Source of the DNA: Coraliomargarita sp.
GTDB lineage: Bacteria > Verrucomicrobiota > Verrucomicrobiia > Opitutales > Coraliomargaritaceae
NCBI GenBank assembly: GCA_965216325.1
Contig: OZ244160.1
Coordinates: 2,944,001 to 3,008,000, forward strand
Length of the DNA stretch: 64,000 bases
Direction of reading: 5' to 3'
Below the pieces are notes generated by a model. The model did not search any database. It was not told the origin of the DNA and saw only the letters and a program-made list of their open reading frames with translations. Below, in pieces: positions 55,254 to 64,000 of the stretch (position 1 is the stretch's first letter; each line of letters starts with the position of its first letter). The position numbers and the translations under genes were made by a program.

Positions 55254-57091
55254 TAATCTTCTTTCGGATCGGGGAGGGTCTTGTTGGCGATGTTGGCCAA
55301 GAGCTCTCCGAGGAATTCTTGTGGCGTCTTGAGGCCTTCAAGCGCTTTGTTGGCGCGGGAGTTGACTTTGACCAGACCTTCTTCGGCTTCCTTGCGTCCG
55401 AGAACGAGGAAATTGGGAACCTTGTCGATGTGGCACTTGCGGATCTTGGCGCCCAGCTTGTCGGCGATGGCGTCCACAGTCACACGGATTTTGGCGGCCT
55501 TGAGGAGCTTCTCGATCTCGCGCGCTTGTGGGACGAGGTCGTCATTCATGGGCAGAATGCGCACTTGCTCGGGTGCGAGCCAAGTCGGGAAGTTGCCGGC
55601 GAAGTGTTCGATCAATACGCCGCAGAAGCGCTCCATGGAGCCGAAGGGCGCACGGTGGAGCATGACTGGACGGTGCTTTTCGTTGTCGGCGCCTATGTAG
55701 TTGAGGTCGAAGCGCTCTGGAAGGTTGTAGTCGACTTGAACGGTGCCGAGCTGCCATTCGCGGCCGATGACGTCCTTGACGACGAAGTCGATCTTCGGGC
55801 CGTAGAAAGCGGCTTCACCGGGTTCTTCGGTGTAGTTGACGCCGAGGGTCTTGGCTGCGTTGCGCAGAGCGTCTTCAGCAGCGTCCCACTTGGATGGATC
55901 GCCGACATACTTGGTTGCATCGGGGTCGCGCAGGCCAATGCGGACGCGGTATTCAGTCATGCCAAGTGTGTTGAACACGAGCTTCACCAGATCGAGGCAG
56001 CCGGCGATTTCGGCAGCGATTTGATCTTCGGTGCAGAAGAGGTGAGCGTCATCTTGAGTGAAGCCACGAACACGAGTCATGCCGTTGAGTTCGCCGGATT
56101 GTTCCCAGCGATAGACGGTGCCGAACTCCGCTAGGCGCACCGGCAAGTCGCGGTAGGAGTGCGGCTGGCTGGCGAAAATCTTGATGTGCATCGGGCAGTT
56201 CATTGGCTTGAGCAGGTAGCCGTCGATCTCGCCCGAATCGAGTTTGTTGGAGAGGTCGGCGCAGGAGCAGCCTTGGTGTGCGAGCTCTTCGACGGTGCCC
56301 GGCTCAACGATCGGCGGGAACTGCGATTCCTTATAGTATGGGAAGTGACCGGATGTGCGGTAGAGGCCGAGCTTGCCGATGTGTGGTGTGAAGACCTGCT
56401 CGTAGCCGGTCTTTTGCAGTTCGTCGGCAATGAAATTCTGCAACTCAGTGCGGATCACTGCACCATTCGGGCTCCATAGCACGAGGCCGGAACCGACAGA
56501 GTCGTCGATGTGGAAGAGCTTGAGCTCCTTGCCAAGCTTGCGGTGATCGCGCGCCTTGGCTTGCTCGAGCTTGTCCATGTAGTCGGCGAGCTCGTCCTTG
56601 CTTGGAAAGGCGGTGCCGTAAATACGCTGGAGCTGCTTGTTGTTCTCGTCGCCGCGGTGGTAGGCGCCGGCGATGGAGAGCAGCTTGAACGCTTTGATCT
56701 TCTTGGTGTAAGTGACGTGGGAGCCTGCGCAGAGGTCAAGGAACTCGCCGTTTTGGTAGAAGCTGACTTGTTCGCCTTCAGGGATGTCGTCGAGACGGCC
56801 GAGCTTGTAGCGCTCTTGGCCGAATCCTTTGATCTTCTCAACCGCTTCTTCGCGGGAGCACTCGATGCGGGTGAACTTCTGGTTCTCCTTGATGATTTTT
56901 TTCATCTCGGCCTCGATGGATTCGAGGTCGGCAGCGTCGAGTTTCTTGTCGAGGTCGATGTCGTAGTAGAAGCCGTTGTCCGTTGGAGGACCGATATCAA
57001 GTTGCGTGTCTGGGTAGAGACGCAGAACCGCAGCGGCGAGCACGTGCGAGCATGAGTGTCGGAGTTCCTCGAGTGGAGACATGTCTTTCAT
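55253..57091 (-). CDS. thrS: Threonine--tRNA ligase
   Basis: RHSCSH, RDHRKLG, KPMNCP, RVRGFTQDDAH and AFYGPKID motifs. Confidence 0.98.
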   Translation of the reverse strand: MKDMSPLEELRHSCSHVLAAAVLRLYPDTQLDIGPPTDNGFYYDIDLDKKLDAADLESIEAEMKKIIKENQKFTRIECSREEAVEKIKGFGQERYKLGRLDDIPEGEQVSFYQNGEFLDLCAGSHVTYTKKIKAFKLLSIAGAYHRGDENNKQLQRIYGTAFPSKDELADYMDKLEQAKARDHRKLGKELKLFHIDDSVGSGLVLWSPNGAVIRTELQNFIADELQKTGYEQVFTPHIGKLGLYRTSGHFPYYKESQFPPIVEPGTVEELAHQGCSCADLSNKLDSGEIDGYLLKPMNCPMHIKIFASQPHSYRDLPVRLAEFGTVYRWEQSGELNGMTRVRGFTQDDAHLFCTEDQIAAEIAGCLDLVKLVFNTLGMTEYRVRIGLRDPDATKYVGDPSKWDAAEDALRNAAKTLGVNYTEEPGEAAFYGPKIDFVVKDVIGREWQLGTVQVDYNLPERFDLNYIGADNEKHRPVMLHRAPFGSMERFCGVLIEHFAGNFPTWLAPEQVRILPMNDDLVPQAREIEKLLKAAKIRVTVDAIADKLGAKIRKCHIDKVPNFLVLGRKEAEEGLVKVNSRANKALEGLKTPQEFLGELLANIANKTLPDPKED

Positions 57092-57183
57092 TTTTCTAGA
57101 AGTCAGCAGACAGAAATCCGGAGTCAGAATCTGTTTGAAGGGCTAGCAGTCAGGAGTCTGGAAATTGAGAGTCAATGCTGGAT

Positions 57184-58059
57184 TCATCCTTGATACGCAA
57201 AGGCGGGCACGCCTTTTACGCCGAGGCCGTCGATGACGAAGACTTTGCCAGCATCGGCCTCTTCTTTGGTCTTGTGAATGCCAGTGGTGACAAACAGGCG
57301 ATCGAGATTCGGGCCGCCGAAGGCACAGGCAGTGGTTTCGACGCAGGGCAGGTCGACTTGTTGCAGTTTCTCGCCGCTTTCCGGATCGAAGCGGACTACG
57401 CAGCCGCCGTGGCAGAAGGCGACCCAGAGCTTGTCATCGGCGTCGATGGTCATGCCGTCCGGAGAGCTGTCGTAGCCGTGGGCCTTGGTGTCCACGACGA
57501 TGCGGGCATTGCTGATCTCGCCAGAGTCCTGATCGTAGTCGTAAGCGCGGATTTGCTGCAGTGGAGTGTCGATGTAATACATCGTTTTGGCGTCCGCACT
57601 CCAGCAGAGGCCGTTGGAATTGGTGACTTCTGGGACTTTGACTTGTAGGCCGTTCTCCGGATCGAAGCTGTAGAGCTTGGCGTCGCCGGTTTTTTTGACA
57701 GTGCTGATGGTGCCTGCCCAGAAGCGTCCAGCCGGGTCGCACTTGCCATCGTTGAAGCGGTTGTCGGGGCGTTTCTCGGCTTCTGGGTCGGCCAGGCTGG
57801 TCTTTAGGCCGGTGAGCGGGGCGAATTCGCTGATGCCGAAGTCGCCTGCGTAGAGGTAGCCGCCTTCTGCACGGGGCACAACGGTGCCGATGCGCTCGCC
57901 AATCGCCCAGCTTTGTTCCTCGCCCGTTTCAGGGTTCAGACGAACGAGCTTGTGGCCTTCGATATCGACATAGTGGAGGTGGTCCTCCCACCAGATTGGG
58001 CCTTCGCCCCATTTTGAAATGCGTGTGCCGATAGTTTGGATAGTAAGATTTGCAGACAT
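57184..58059 (-). CDS. SMP-30/gluconolactonase family protein
   Basis: GEGP.W, RFNDGKCDPAGRFW, SNGL.WS and PDGMTID motifs. Confidence 0.92.
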   Translation of the reverse strand: MSANLTIQTIGTRISKWGEGPIWWEDHLHYVDIEGHKLVRLNPETGEEQSWAIGERIGTVVPRAEGGYLYAGDFGISEFAPLTGLKTSLADPEAEKRPDNRFNDGKCDPAGRFWAGTISTVKKTGDAKLYSFDPENGLQVKVPEVTNSNGLCWSADAKTMYYIDTPLQQIRAYDYDQDSGEISNARIVVDTKAHGYDSSPDGMTIDADDKLWVAFCHGGCVVRFDPESGEKLQQVDLPCVETTACAFGGPNLDRLFVTTGIHKTKEEADAGKVFVIDGLGVKGVPAFAYQG

Positions 58060-58112
58060 GAGCATGTTGATGGGGGAGTGGGAAGCATGCGTCAATCAAC
58101 TAGCTGCGGTAA

Positions 58113-58182
58113 CGGAGGGCGGACATTCTTGTCCGCCGTTTCATCTGGATAGAGTTGGCAGGGCAAGAGTGTCCTGCTTCCG
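58113..58182. repeat. GGAG/GGAA-type REPIN
   Basis: CGGAGGGCGGACATTCTTGTCCGCC ... GGCAGGGCAAGAGTGTCCTGCTTCCG. Confidence 0.7.
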
Positions 58183-58188
58183 CTGAAT

Positions 58189-58222
58189 AAAAAACCGCCC
58201 GGCGTGATTGCCGGACGGTTTT
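58189..58222 (-). terminator. Terminator of sodA
   Basis: aaaaaaccgcccggc...gccggacggtttt. Confidence 0.75.
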
Positions 58223-58244
58223 GAAAGTTTCAGTTGAAACAGGC

Positions 58245-58871
<627 letters not shown>

Positions 58872-59073
58872 AATGGGTATCGTTTTATTTTTTAGTTAAT
58901 GAAGAGAACCAAGAAGTTGTGAGCTTGATTTGGCCCTGTCAAACGAGGGATTGGGAATTCTGCCTTAGTATCAGTGTTTTTGTTCATGTGGAGTATCAAT
59001 TCTCTGAAACATCAGCCGCTAAATTAGTTCCTACTGGTTGCGATTCATACAATGTGTCTCATCTATAATCCTT

Positions 59074-59556
59074 ATGAAAAAACATTTCCTCATACCTTTG
59101 GCTTTTGCCGTTGCGCTTCTCGGAACCCTTCGTGCGAAGTCGCATGACAATCTGAAGGCATACGCCCCGGCAGCTGAGGGCATGCAGCGCTATGTGATCG
59201 AACTGCCGAAGCTTGCCGATGAATCCTTGTTAAAAGTTGAGCTGATTATCGGCAAAACGGTGCCAACCGATGGTGCCAATCGTCACTTCTTTGGTGGCAA
59301 GGTCACTCGTGAAGTCGTTCAAGGCTGGGGCTTCAGTTATTATGAACTGAAAGAACTTGGTCCGATGGCCGGCACCCTGATGGCAGTTCCCGAAGGCAGC
59401 GAGAAGGTCGATACCTTTGTGCGAGTGAATCACGATCTCGGTCTGGTTCGCTACAACAGCAAGCTGCCCTTGGTGGTTTATGTGCCCGATGGGGTCGAGG
59501 TGAAGTATCGTCTTTGGTTTGGTGATGTAGAGCCGTCGGTCGCTGAGGTGAATTAG
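59074..59556 (+). CDS. eco: Ecotin family serine protease inhibitor
   Basis: GMQRYVI.LP, KVELIIGK, GWGFSYY and RYNSKLPLVVYVP motifs. Confidence 0.92.
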   Translation: MKKHFLIPLAFAVALLGTLRAKSHDNLKAYAPAAEGMQRYVIELPKLADESLLKVELIIGKTVPTDGANRHFFGGKVTREVVQGWGFSYYELKELGPMAGTLMAVPEGSEKVDTFVRVNHDLGLVRYNSKLPLVVYVPDGVEVKYRLWFGDVEPSVAEVN

Positions 59557-59571
59557 GTTTTAGGCTGCAAC

Positions 59572-59643
59572 TGGAGGGCAATGCTCCGTCATTGCCACAA
59601 CGATTCACCGCGCAGATTGGCAACGACGGAGCGTTGCCCTCCA
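59572..59643. repeat. GGAG-type REPIN
   Basis: TGGAGGGCAATGCTCCGTCATTGCCA ... TGGCAACGACGGAGCGTTGCCCTCCA. Confidence 0.88.
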
Positions 59644-59647
59644 TGGA

Positions 59648-60199
59648 TCACTCCGATTCATTTTCCGCTTCGCGCTTGGCGGCCTTTTTCTCGGCGTTGA
59701 TAAGCCGCTTCTTTTCAAAGAATGCCTTCAAAATGTTGTGATTGAGCTCCTCGAGCACGCCGCCCACCGATTCGAAATGGTGATTGCTGCGGGGGAGGGC
59801 GCCCAAATCGACGGCGCCGCCCACACAGCCCATCTTTTCATCGGGGAGACCGTAGTAAACTTTGCCAATGCGAGCGATTACGAGTGCGCCGGAGCACATG
59901 GGGCAGGGCTCTTTGGTCACATAGAGTGTGCATTCATTGAGGCGCCAGTCCCCGAGCGTGTTGGCCGCCTGTGAGATTGCGAGAATTTCGGCGTGAGCCG
60001 TCGGATCATTGGTGGAACGCGACTGATTGTGCGCTGCCGCGATAATGCGGCCCTCGTGTTCGATGATCGCACCGATCGGAACCTCATCCTTCTTCCACGC
60101 CTCAATTGCCTCGTTGTAAGCATGGGTCATGAAGTAGTCCGCATCGCGGTTCAGCTCAGAGGGGAAGATCTTTTCGAAAGGACAGTCGGGCGATTGCAT
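59648..60199 (-). CDS. tadA: tRNA adenosine deaminase
   Basis: EVPIGA, DPTAHAE and EPCPMC motifs. Confidence 0.9.
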   Translation of the reverse strand: MQSPDCPFEKIFPSELNRDADYFMTHAYNEAIEAWKKDEVPIGAIIEHEGRIIAAAHNQSRSTNDPTAHAEILAISQAANTLGDWRLNECTLYVTKEPCPMCSGALVIARIGKVYYGLPDEKMGCVGGAVDLGALPRSNHHFESVGGVLEELNHNILKAFFEKKRLINAEKKAAKREAENESE

Positions 60200-60216
60200 C
60201 GCGTGTTGTTGAGTGA

Positions 60217-60293
60217 GAAAGTGTAAAGGTATGAATGTGTGAAGGTGACGGTGAAAACAAACTTTCCTACTTTCAAACTTTTTACCTTCCTAC
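60217..60293. repeat. Inverted octamer-periodic arms (GAAAGTGT)n...(ACTTTCCT)n
   Basis: gaaagtgt aaaggtat gaatgtgt gaaggtga / actttcct actttcaa acttttt accttcct. Confidence 0.65.
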
Positions 60294-61905
60294 CCCCGAT
60301 CCTTAGCAGTGTAAAAGTTTTCTCTGTGTAGAGTGTTTTGTTCGTTTCGCGCAAGCTGGCGCATCCGAACGGGTAGTTCGGATCGTGATACGTGCTTCGG
60401 GTTACGGGATTCGGGCGGATTGGTAGTGCGAGCGGCTCAGCGTCCGCGTAGGGGTATCGGGGCAATTTGATCGGCATCAGCCTGGCGAGGGGCGCAACTT
60501 GTAGAGCGCCGAGAGTGCGTCTAGTTCGTGGGCAAACTTGCGCCACCATGGCAGCCAACGGCTGTTCACACAGCACACTGCTTTGAGCTGACGGGCATGG
60601 CGCTTGAAGGTTACAGGGATGAGCATGAGCACATGCAGCAGGGTGCGGATACGTATGGGCTGCTCGTGGTCGGGCAGGTGAATCAGTTTGATCGCTTGGA
60701 GCAGGTTGTGCGCGAGCGCGCCGATTGCATAGAAGACCTGATTGGCTGCCAGACTCTTGCATGGGGGATGGTGCAAATCCATGTCGGTGAGCACTTGTGA
60801 GAACTGGCGCTCCCGGTCGCCTTTGAGCTTGTGCCGCTCCACGGCCATATCGGCGCGCCCCTCACGCCCCGACTCACAGCAGATGAAGGCATAGCGCCAG
60901 AACAGTTCCCCATCGGCCAGTTGGTGACGCGTCACCGCAAAGAGCTGTGGCTGCTCGCAGCCCTCCGGCTGATAGCGCAGCCAAGCGTGCTGGGCACGGT
61001 GTTCTTTGCCATCACGCCAACGCACGATCTGCTCGTCGCTCCACGCCGACTCCGGCAACTCTTTGGCGCAGCGCTCCGGTCCTTCAGTCCACTTGTTGTA
61101 ACTGACGCTGAAACGATCCACTGTTTCGCCCAGTTTGTTGAGATAGACCCCGGCACTGGACCCACTGTCTGCATACAGGTAACTCTTGTAGCTGCCAAGC
61201 AGGGCTTCGCATTGCTCCAACTGTTCGGGCAAAAGTTCGCTGCAATCGCGACTGCCTTTGCCCAGCCAACCGCAGGCCAGAAACGGCCCAACCCACAGCG
61301 TCTGCCAGGACAAAGTCGTATTGCCCTCGTAGTTGATCGCCGCTGATTCGAAGCACTTGCCAGTCACCTCCAATTGCGTGTCGTCGAAAAACCACTCGAG
61401 TTCTCCACCATGCAAGAGCCGCCCGGGCACAATGCGATCCATCGCCCAGACAATGAACTCACGGTTGATCTGCAGCAAGGCTTCCGCCCCGTCCTTGCCA
61501 ATGGCACGCATCCACTGCCCCAGTGTCGTTTCATCAGGGAAACGCTCAATCCCCAGAAAACGCTTCAATCCCGCCTCGTCGTTGAGACGCTCAAAGTCAG
61601 CCATACTCGCCCCGCCGCTGGCAAAACCAAACAGAAACGTCGCCACGTAAACAACCGGATCGTAACCCTTGCTCGTGTCCTTACGCGACTCCAACGCCGC
61701 TTCAGCACGCACACGCTCCCAGAGCCCACACTCCTGCGCAAAAGCCTTGATCGCGAACACACCGCCCTTGGCCGTCGCTTCTTCGCTGCTGCGAAACTCC
61801 ACCTCGATTCGAGGGTTCTTCATACGGTAATGCTTCGACATGCACACTGCATAGCAAGTTTTTCACCATTTGGTGAACGAATCCCTGCCACTCTAAGGAT
61901 TGGGG
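60294..61905 (-). mobile_element. IS1380 family insertion sequence
   Basis: TIRs CCCCGATCCTTAG / CTAAGGATTGGGG, flanked by a TTCCTAC direct repeat (60287-60293 and 61906-61912). Confidence 0.88.
60477..61847 (-). CDS. IS1380 family DDE transposase
   Basis: TAKGG, FPDETTLGQW, FFDDT, YADSG, KGDRERQF and ANQVFY..GALAHNLL motifs. Confidence 0.85.
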   Translation of the reverse strand: MCMSKHYRMKNPRIEVEFRSSEEATAKGGVFAIKAFAQECGLWERVRAEAALESRKDTSKGYDPVVYVATFLFGFASGGASMADFERLNDEAGLKRFLGIERFPDETTLGQWMRAIGKDGAEALLQINREFIVWAMDRIVPGRLLHGGELEWFFDDTQLEVTGKCFESAAINYEGNTTLSWQTLWVGPFLACGWLGKGSRDCSELLPEQLEQCEALLGSYKSYLYADSGSSAGVYLNKLGETVDRFSVSYNKWTEGPERCAKELPESAWSDEQIVRWRDGKEHRAQHAWLRYQPEGCEQPQLFAVTRHQLADGELFWRYAFICCESGREGRADMAVERHKLKGDRERQFSQVLTDMDLHHPPCKSLAANQVFYAIGALAHNLLQAIKLIHLPDHEQPIRIRTLLHVLMLIPVTFKRHARQLKAVCCVNSRWLPWWRKFAHELDALSALYKLRPSPG

Positions 61906-61980
61906 TTCCTACGGACTGTATGAGTCCACCCTTGACATTCTGTGGGCAAACTCTTCTCTCACGCGCTTTGTAACTAACTT

Positions 61981-62262
61981 ATGGCTAAAGGACAAAGCGA
62001 AGAATACGTAGAAGTTGAAGGTAAGATCGTAGCGGTCTTGCCCGGCACCATGTTCCGTGTGGAATTGGCAAACGGTCACCAGGTGCTCGCGCACATCTCC
62101 GGAAAGCTCCGTAAGCACTTCATTAAGATCACTACGGGCGATACCGTGAAGATGGAGATGACTCCACACGATCTCGACAAGGCGCGCATTGTTTACCGTC
62201 TGCGCAACGCCCAGACCAATCGCAACGCACCGCGTCGCAGTTTCGGTCCACGCCGCCGATAA
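61981..62262 (+). CDS. infA: Translation initiation factor IF-1 with an Arg-rich C-terminal tail
   Basis: [22 protein letters not shown] and GDTV.....P.DL.KARIVYR motifs. Confidence 0.95.
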   Translation: MAKGQSEEYVEVEGKIVAVLPGTMFRVELANGHQVLAHISGKLRKHFIKITTGDTVKMEMTPHDLDKARIVYRLRNAQTNRNAPRRSFGPRRR

Positions 62263-62286
62263 TTCCGATCCTAGACTGTTTCGAAG

Positions 62287-62313
62287 AACACTGCAGCAAC
62301 GCGGTGTTTTTTT
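62287..62313 (+). terminator. Terminator of infA
   Basis: aacactgc-agcaac-gcggtgttttttt. Confidence 0.7.
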
Positions 62314-62322
62314 GTGCCTGAG

Positions 62323-62521
62323 GGTAGGGCAGTTTCGCCGAGACTGCCGTTCGTTATCGGACTGCGAATTGCCAAAAGGTTTTGGATGGCTGGTCTGCCG
62401 TGTAGGAGTATCCACAAGGCTTAAGTATTTTGGGTGCCTTGCCGAACGGTCGTCTCGGCGAGACGACCCTACCTTGAGCTTGCAACAGTCTGATGCGCAC
62501 CGAGACGGTGCTGCGCTACCG
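62323..62521. repeat. GTAG-type REPIN with a long spacer, plus an extra REP of another family
   Basis: GGTAGGGCAGTTTCGCCGAGACTGCCG ... CGGTCGTCTCGGCGAGACGACCCTACC (ends 62473), then CGCACCGAGACGGTGCTGCGCTACC. Confidence 0.8.
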
Positions 62522-62630
62522 AATAAATACAGAGTCATTTCAACCGATTTTGAGCGATCAAAGCTTGCCACGGTTTGAGAATTGCAAAGCTTTATGGGCT
62601 TCTACTCTCACCTGAACAATCATTCGAAAC

Positions 62631-63590
62631 ATGAGCAAAGCATACGACTCAATCATCAACACTGTCGGTGGCACCCCACTGGTTAAGATCAATCACCTTA
62701 CCGAAGGCCTCGCAGCTGACATTTATCTCAAATGCGAATTTTTCAATCCACTCGCCAGCGTTAAGGATCGTATCGGCAAGGCGATGATCGAAGCTGCTGA
62801 GCGCGACGGCAAGATCGGTGAGGGCAGCATCATTATTGAACCAACTTCCGGTAACACCGGTATCGCACTGGCATTTGTCTGTGCGGCCAAGGGCTACAAG
62901 CTCATCCTGACCATGCCGGAGACCATGTCGCTGGAGCGCCGCGTGCTCCTTCGCATGCTTGGTGCAGAGATCGTGCTGACTCCTGGTCCGAAGGGCATGC
63001 CAGGTGCGATTGCACGTGCGGGCGAGCTCGTCGAAGAATATGGCGAAAAGGCATTCATGCCTCAACAGTTTGAAAACCCAGCTAACCCGCAGGTTCACCG
63101 TGAAACTACTGCGGAAGAAATCTGGGAAGCGACCGATGGTGGCATCGACGCATTTGTTGCCGGTGTGGGCACCGGTGGCACCATCACGGGTGTTTCTGAA
63201 GTGATTAAGTCCCGCAAGGACATCCTCACTGTCGCGGTAGAGCCTGAAGCCAGCCCAGTCATTTCCGGTGGTCAGCCGGGTCCACACAAGATCCAAGGTA
63301 TCGGCGCGGGTTTCATCCCGAAGAACTGCAACACCGATATCATTGATGACGTGATCAAGGTTTCCAATGAGGACGCTTTTGCAACTGCACAAGCACTCGC
63401 GGAGAAGGACGGTATCCTCGGTGGTATCTCCACTGGCGCGAATGTGTTCGCGGCCATGGAGCTCGCGAAGCGCCCAGAGATGGCCGGCAAGACTATCGTT
63501 ACGGTGGGCTGCAGCTTCGGTGAACGCTACCTCTCGACTCCGCTGGCTGAAAAAGCCCGCGAAGAAATGAGCGCAGCGACTGCTAGCTAA
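62631..63590 (+). CDS. cysK: Cysteine synthase A
   Basis: [24 protein letters not shown] and [10 protein letters not shown] motifs. Confidence 0.96.
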   Translation: MSKAYDSIINTVGGTPLVKINHLTEGLAADIYLKCEFFNPLASVKDRIGKAMIEAAERDGKIGEGSIIIEPTSGNTGIALAFVCAAKGYKLILTMPETMSLERRVLLRMLGAEIVLTPGPKGMPGAIARAGELVEEYGEKAFMPQQFENPANPQVHRETTAEEIWEATDGGIDAFVAGVGTGGTITGVSEVIKSRKDILTVAVEPEASPVISGGQPGPHKIQGIGAGFIPKNCNTDIIDDVIKVSNEDAFATAQALAEKDGILGGISTGANVFAAMELAKRPEMAGKTIVTVGCSFGERYLSTPLAEKAREEMSAATAS

Positions 63591-63617
63591 ATCGACTTTC
63601 AGTCTTTTAAACGAACC

Positions 63618-63652
63618 AGCCCCGTCGAATCCGACGGGGCTTGTTTTGTTTT
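63618..63652 (+). terminator. Terminator of cysK
   Basis: agccccgtcg-aatc-cgacggggct followed by a T-rich tract. Confidence 0.8.
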
Positions 63653-63674
63653 GGGGTAGGCGTTGTTTAATGGA

Positions 63675-63743
63675 GGCGTTCTGCAAGCAGAAGCCCTACG
63701 GTTACAAGCGATAGAAATGTAGGGCTCGTGCTTGCACGATGCC
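63675..63743. repeat. Two GTAG REPs flanking the RAYT 3' end
   Basis: GGCGTTCTGCAAGCAGAAGCCCTAC (63675-63699) and GTAGGGCTCGTGCTTGCACGATGCC (63719-63743). Confidence 0.85.
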
Positions 63744-63745
63744 AG

Positions 63746-64000
63746 CTAGCAAGAAGGAACTAAGTCTTCCCAACCCAGCTCATCTTGCAGCCATTCAGGT
63801 TGAGGATATTTATTCTCTATTAAACTATCTCCAAAAAGTGGCCTATAATTCCGATTCAGAATCCAGTCAGGCCATTCTTCATTCAACGCTAGTAGTTCTT
63901 TGCGATACGGATTGAGGTAGATGTAGAGTGCAAATTGCTCCATTTCCACATCCGGACGAAGCCGATGCTCAAAGAAATTGGCCTGCCATTTCAGGTCGTG
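63746..64000 (-). CDS. REP-associated tyrosine transposase (RAYT), 3' part
   Basis: The minus strand reads HDLKWQANFFEHRLRPD...FALYIYLNPYR, the WQ..F.EH..R / YI..NP signature, and REPs are adjacent. Confidence 0.82.
   Translation of the reverse strand, partial: HDLKWQANFFEHRLRPDVEMEQFALYIYLNPYRKELLALNEEWPDWILNRNYRPLFGDSLIENKYPQPEWLQDELGWEDLVPSC

Overview
A roughly 55% GC bacterial chromosome segment, most likely Verrucomicrobiota (Opitutales-like). That placement is inferred from the long GreA, the ThrS insertion and gene style, not from a database search. The backbone is mostly housekeeping: carB (5' part), pfp, ldhA, a kdsD-like gene, smc, guaA, rsmB, greA, uvrB, proB, frr, pyrH, tRNA-Gln(TTG), mutM, yhaM, katG, thrS, sodA, ecotin, tadA, infA and cysK. 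The interesting layer is mobile and repetitive DNA. (1) An IS110 element sits at the CT core of a GTAG-REP, and its 3' non-coding end carries bridge-RNA-like guides matching both that target and its own donor junction. (2) A group IIC intron lies directly behind the greA terminator; its RT domains are deleted in frame, leaving an ORF that is mostly domain X/maturase. (3) Two adjacent secreted-protein genes each carry an in-frame REPIN inside the signal peptide. (4) Many distinct REP families are present, with a RAYT at the window end flanked by its likely cognate REPs. (5) An IS1380 element has a 7-bp TSD. (6) There are 7-, 8- and 9-mer periodic hairpins and 5'-UTR arrays. (7) A head-to-head deletion scar leaves a trpB remnant.
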